DNA of 38,902 bases from Nitrospiraceae bacterium (GTDB lineage: Bacteria; Nitrospirota; Nitrospiria; Nitrospirales; UBA2166): contig PBSN01000017.1 of NCBI GenBank assembly GCA_002726235.1, forward strand, positions 1 to 38,902. Direction: 5' to 3'. This document shows positions 38,479 to 38,902 of this stretch, piece after piece (positions within the stretch are counted from its first letter, which is position 1; the number at the start of each line of letters is the position of its first letter). The notes beneath the pieces are model-generated. The model was not told where the DNA came from. It searched no databases and saw only the letters and a list, made by a program, of their open reading frames with translations. The translations under genes and the position numbers were made by a program.

Positions 38479-38902
38479 TTATCTAAAGACGTTTCCTGTT
38501 GGCGGTCCGTATGCCCAGATCCAGAATAAAGTGAGGTTTGCTAGCACAACGAAGCCAAAAATAATAATCAACGCATAGTGATGTACCATTCCGGTTTGAA
38601 GCAATCTCAAGGCACGTGCCCAGAGATGAGAGGCATATCCAGTCAAGTTGAGGCCTGCATAAATGACATGTTTTTCAATCCATGCACTTGAATTTGCTCC
38701 GTAACTGTTCATGACAGCCACGCCGTTTATGATTCGATCAATGACGAGTCTGTCAAACGCGAATGACCATTTAGCCATTTGTTTGGTCGCGCTGATGCCG
38801 ACAGTGCGATACGCTTCACTGATCATATTTTCCGTAGCGACGACGGGTGTGTCAGCTATCCAGCTATACAATTTTGCAGCTTTGCGATAGACCCAGTCCG
38901 TA
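38479..38902 (-). CDS. nuoL: C-terminal part of a NuoL-type subunit (lateral helix plus last TM); truncated by the window edge
   Basis: Frame open to the window end; D..VID..ING and RLLQTGMVHHYAL followed by a hydrophobic helix; immediately upstream of nuoM. Confidence 0.8.
   Translation of the reverse strand, partial: TDWVYRKAAKLYSWIADTPVVATENMISEAYRTVGISATKQMAKWSFAFDRLVIDRIINGVAVMNSYGANSSAWIEKHVIYAGLNLTGYASHLWARALRLLQTGMVHHYALIIIFGFVVLANLTLFWIWAYGPPTGNVFR

Overview
Bacterial chromosomal window of roughly balanced GC, mostly metabolic and housekeeping genes. The nuoL-nuoM-nuoM-nuoN ('2M' complex I) end suggests a Nitrospirota-like organism (inference only). From left to right: an HtrA/DegP-like protease; an ACT-domain malic enzyme broken by a frameshift at a 9-G run; a beta-oxidation-like operon (PaaK-like ligase, thiolase, FadJ/FadB, acyl-CoA dehydrogenase, permuted NlpC/P60 enzyme); a CBS protein; a 9-bp tandem repeat; putA plus citrate synthase; a hairpin-dense intergenic element with a perfect SD and a small ORF; a nitrilase-family hydrolase; an atypical LuxR regulator; an AT-rich islet (2OG-Fe(II) oxygenase plus FkbM methyltransferase); LON-N, rlmB, a CobW GTPase, an MltD-like transglycosylase, lgt, a membrane MutS-like ATPase, SSADH and apaG; a divergent pair of an EgtD-like methyltransferase and a heme-oxygenase-like diiron enzyme; and the distal nuo genes. 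The best candidates for undescribed biology are the EgtD-like/HDO pair, the modified 2M complex I membrane arm, the non-canonical acyl-degradation operon, the AT-rich islet and the structured element upstream of putA. No tRNA, rRNA, CRISPR array or transposase was recognised. All calls come from reading motifs by eye; no searches were run.
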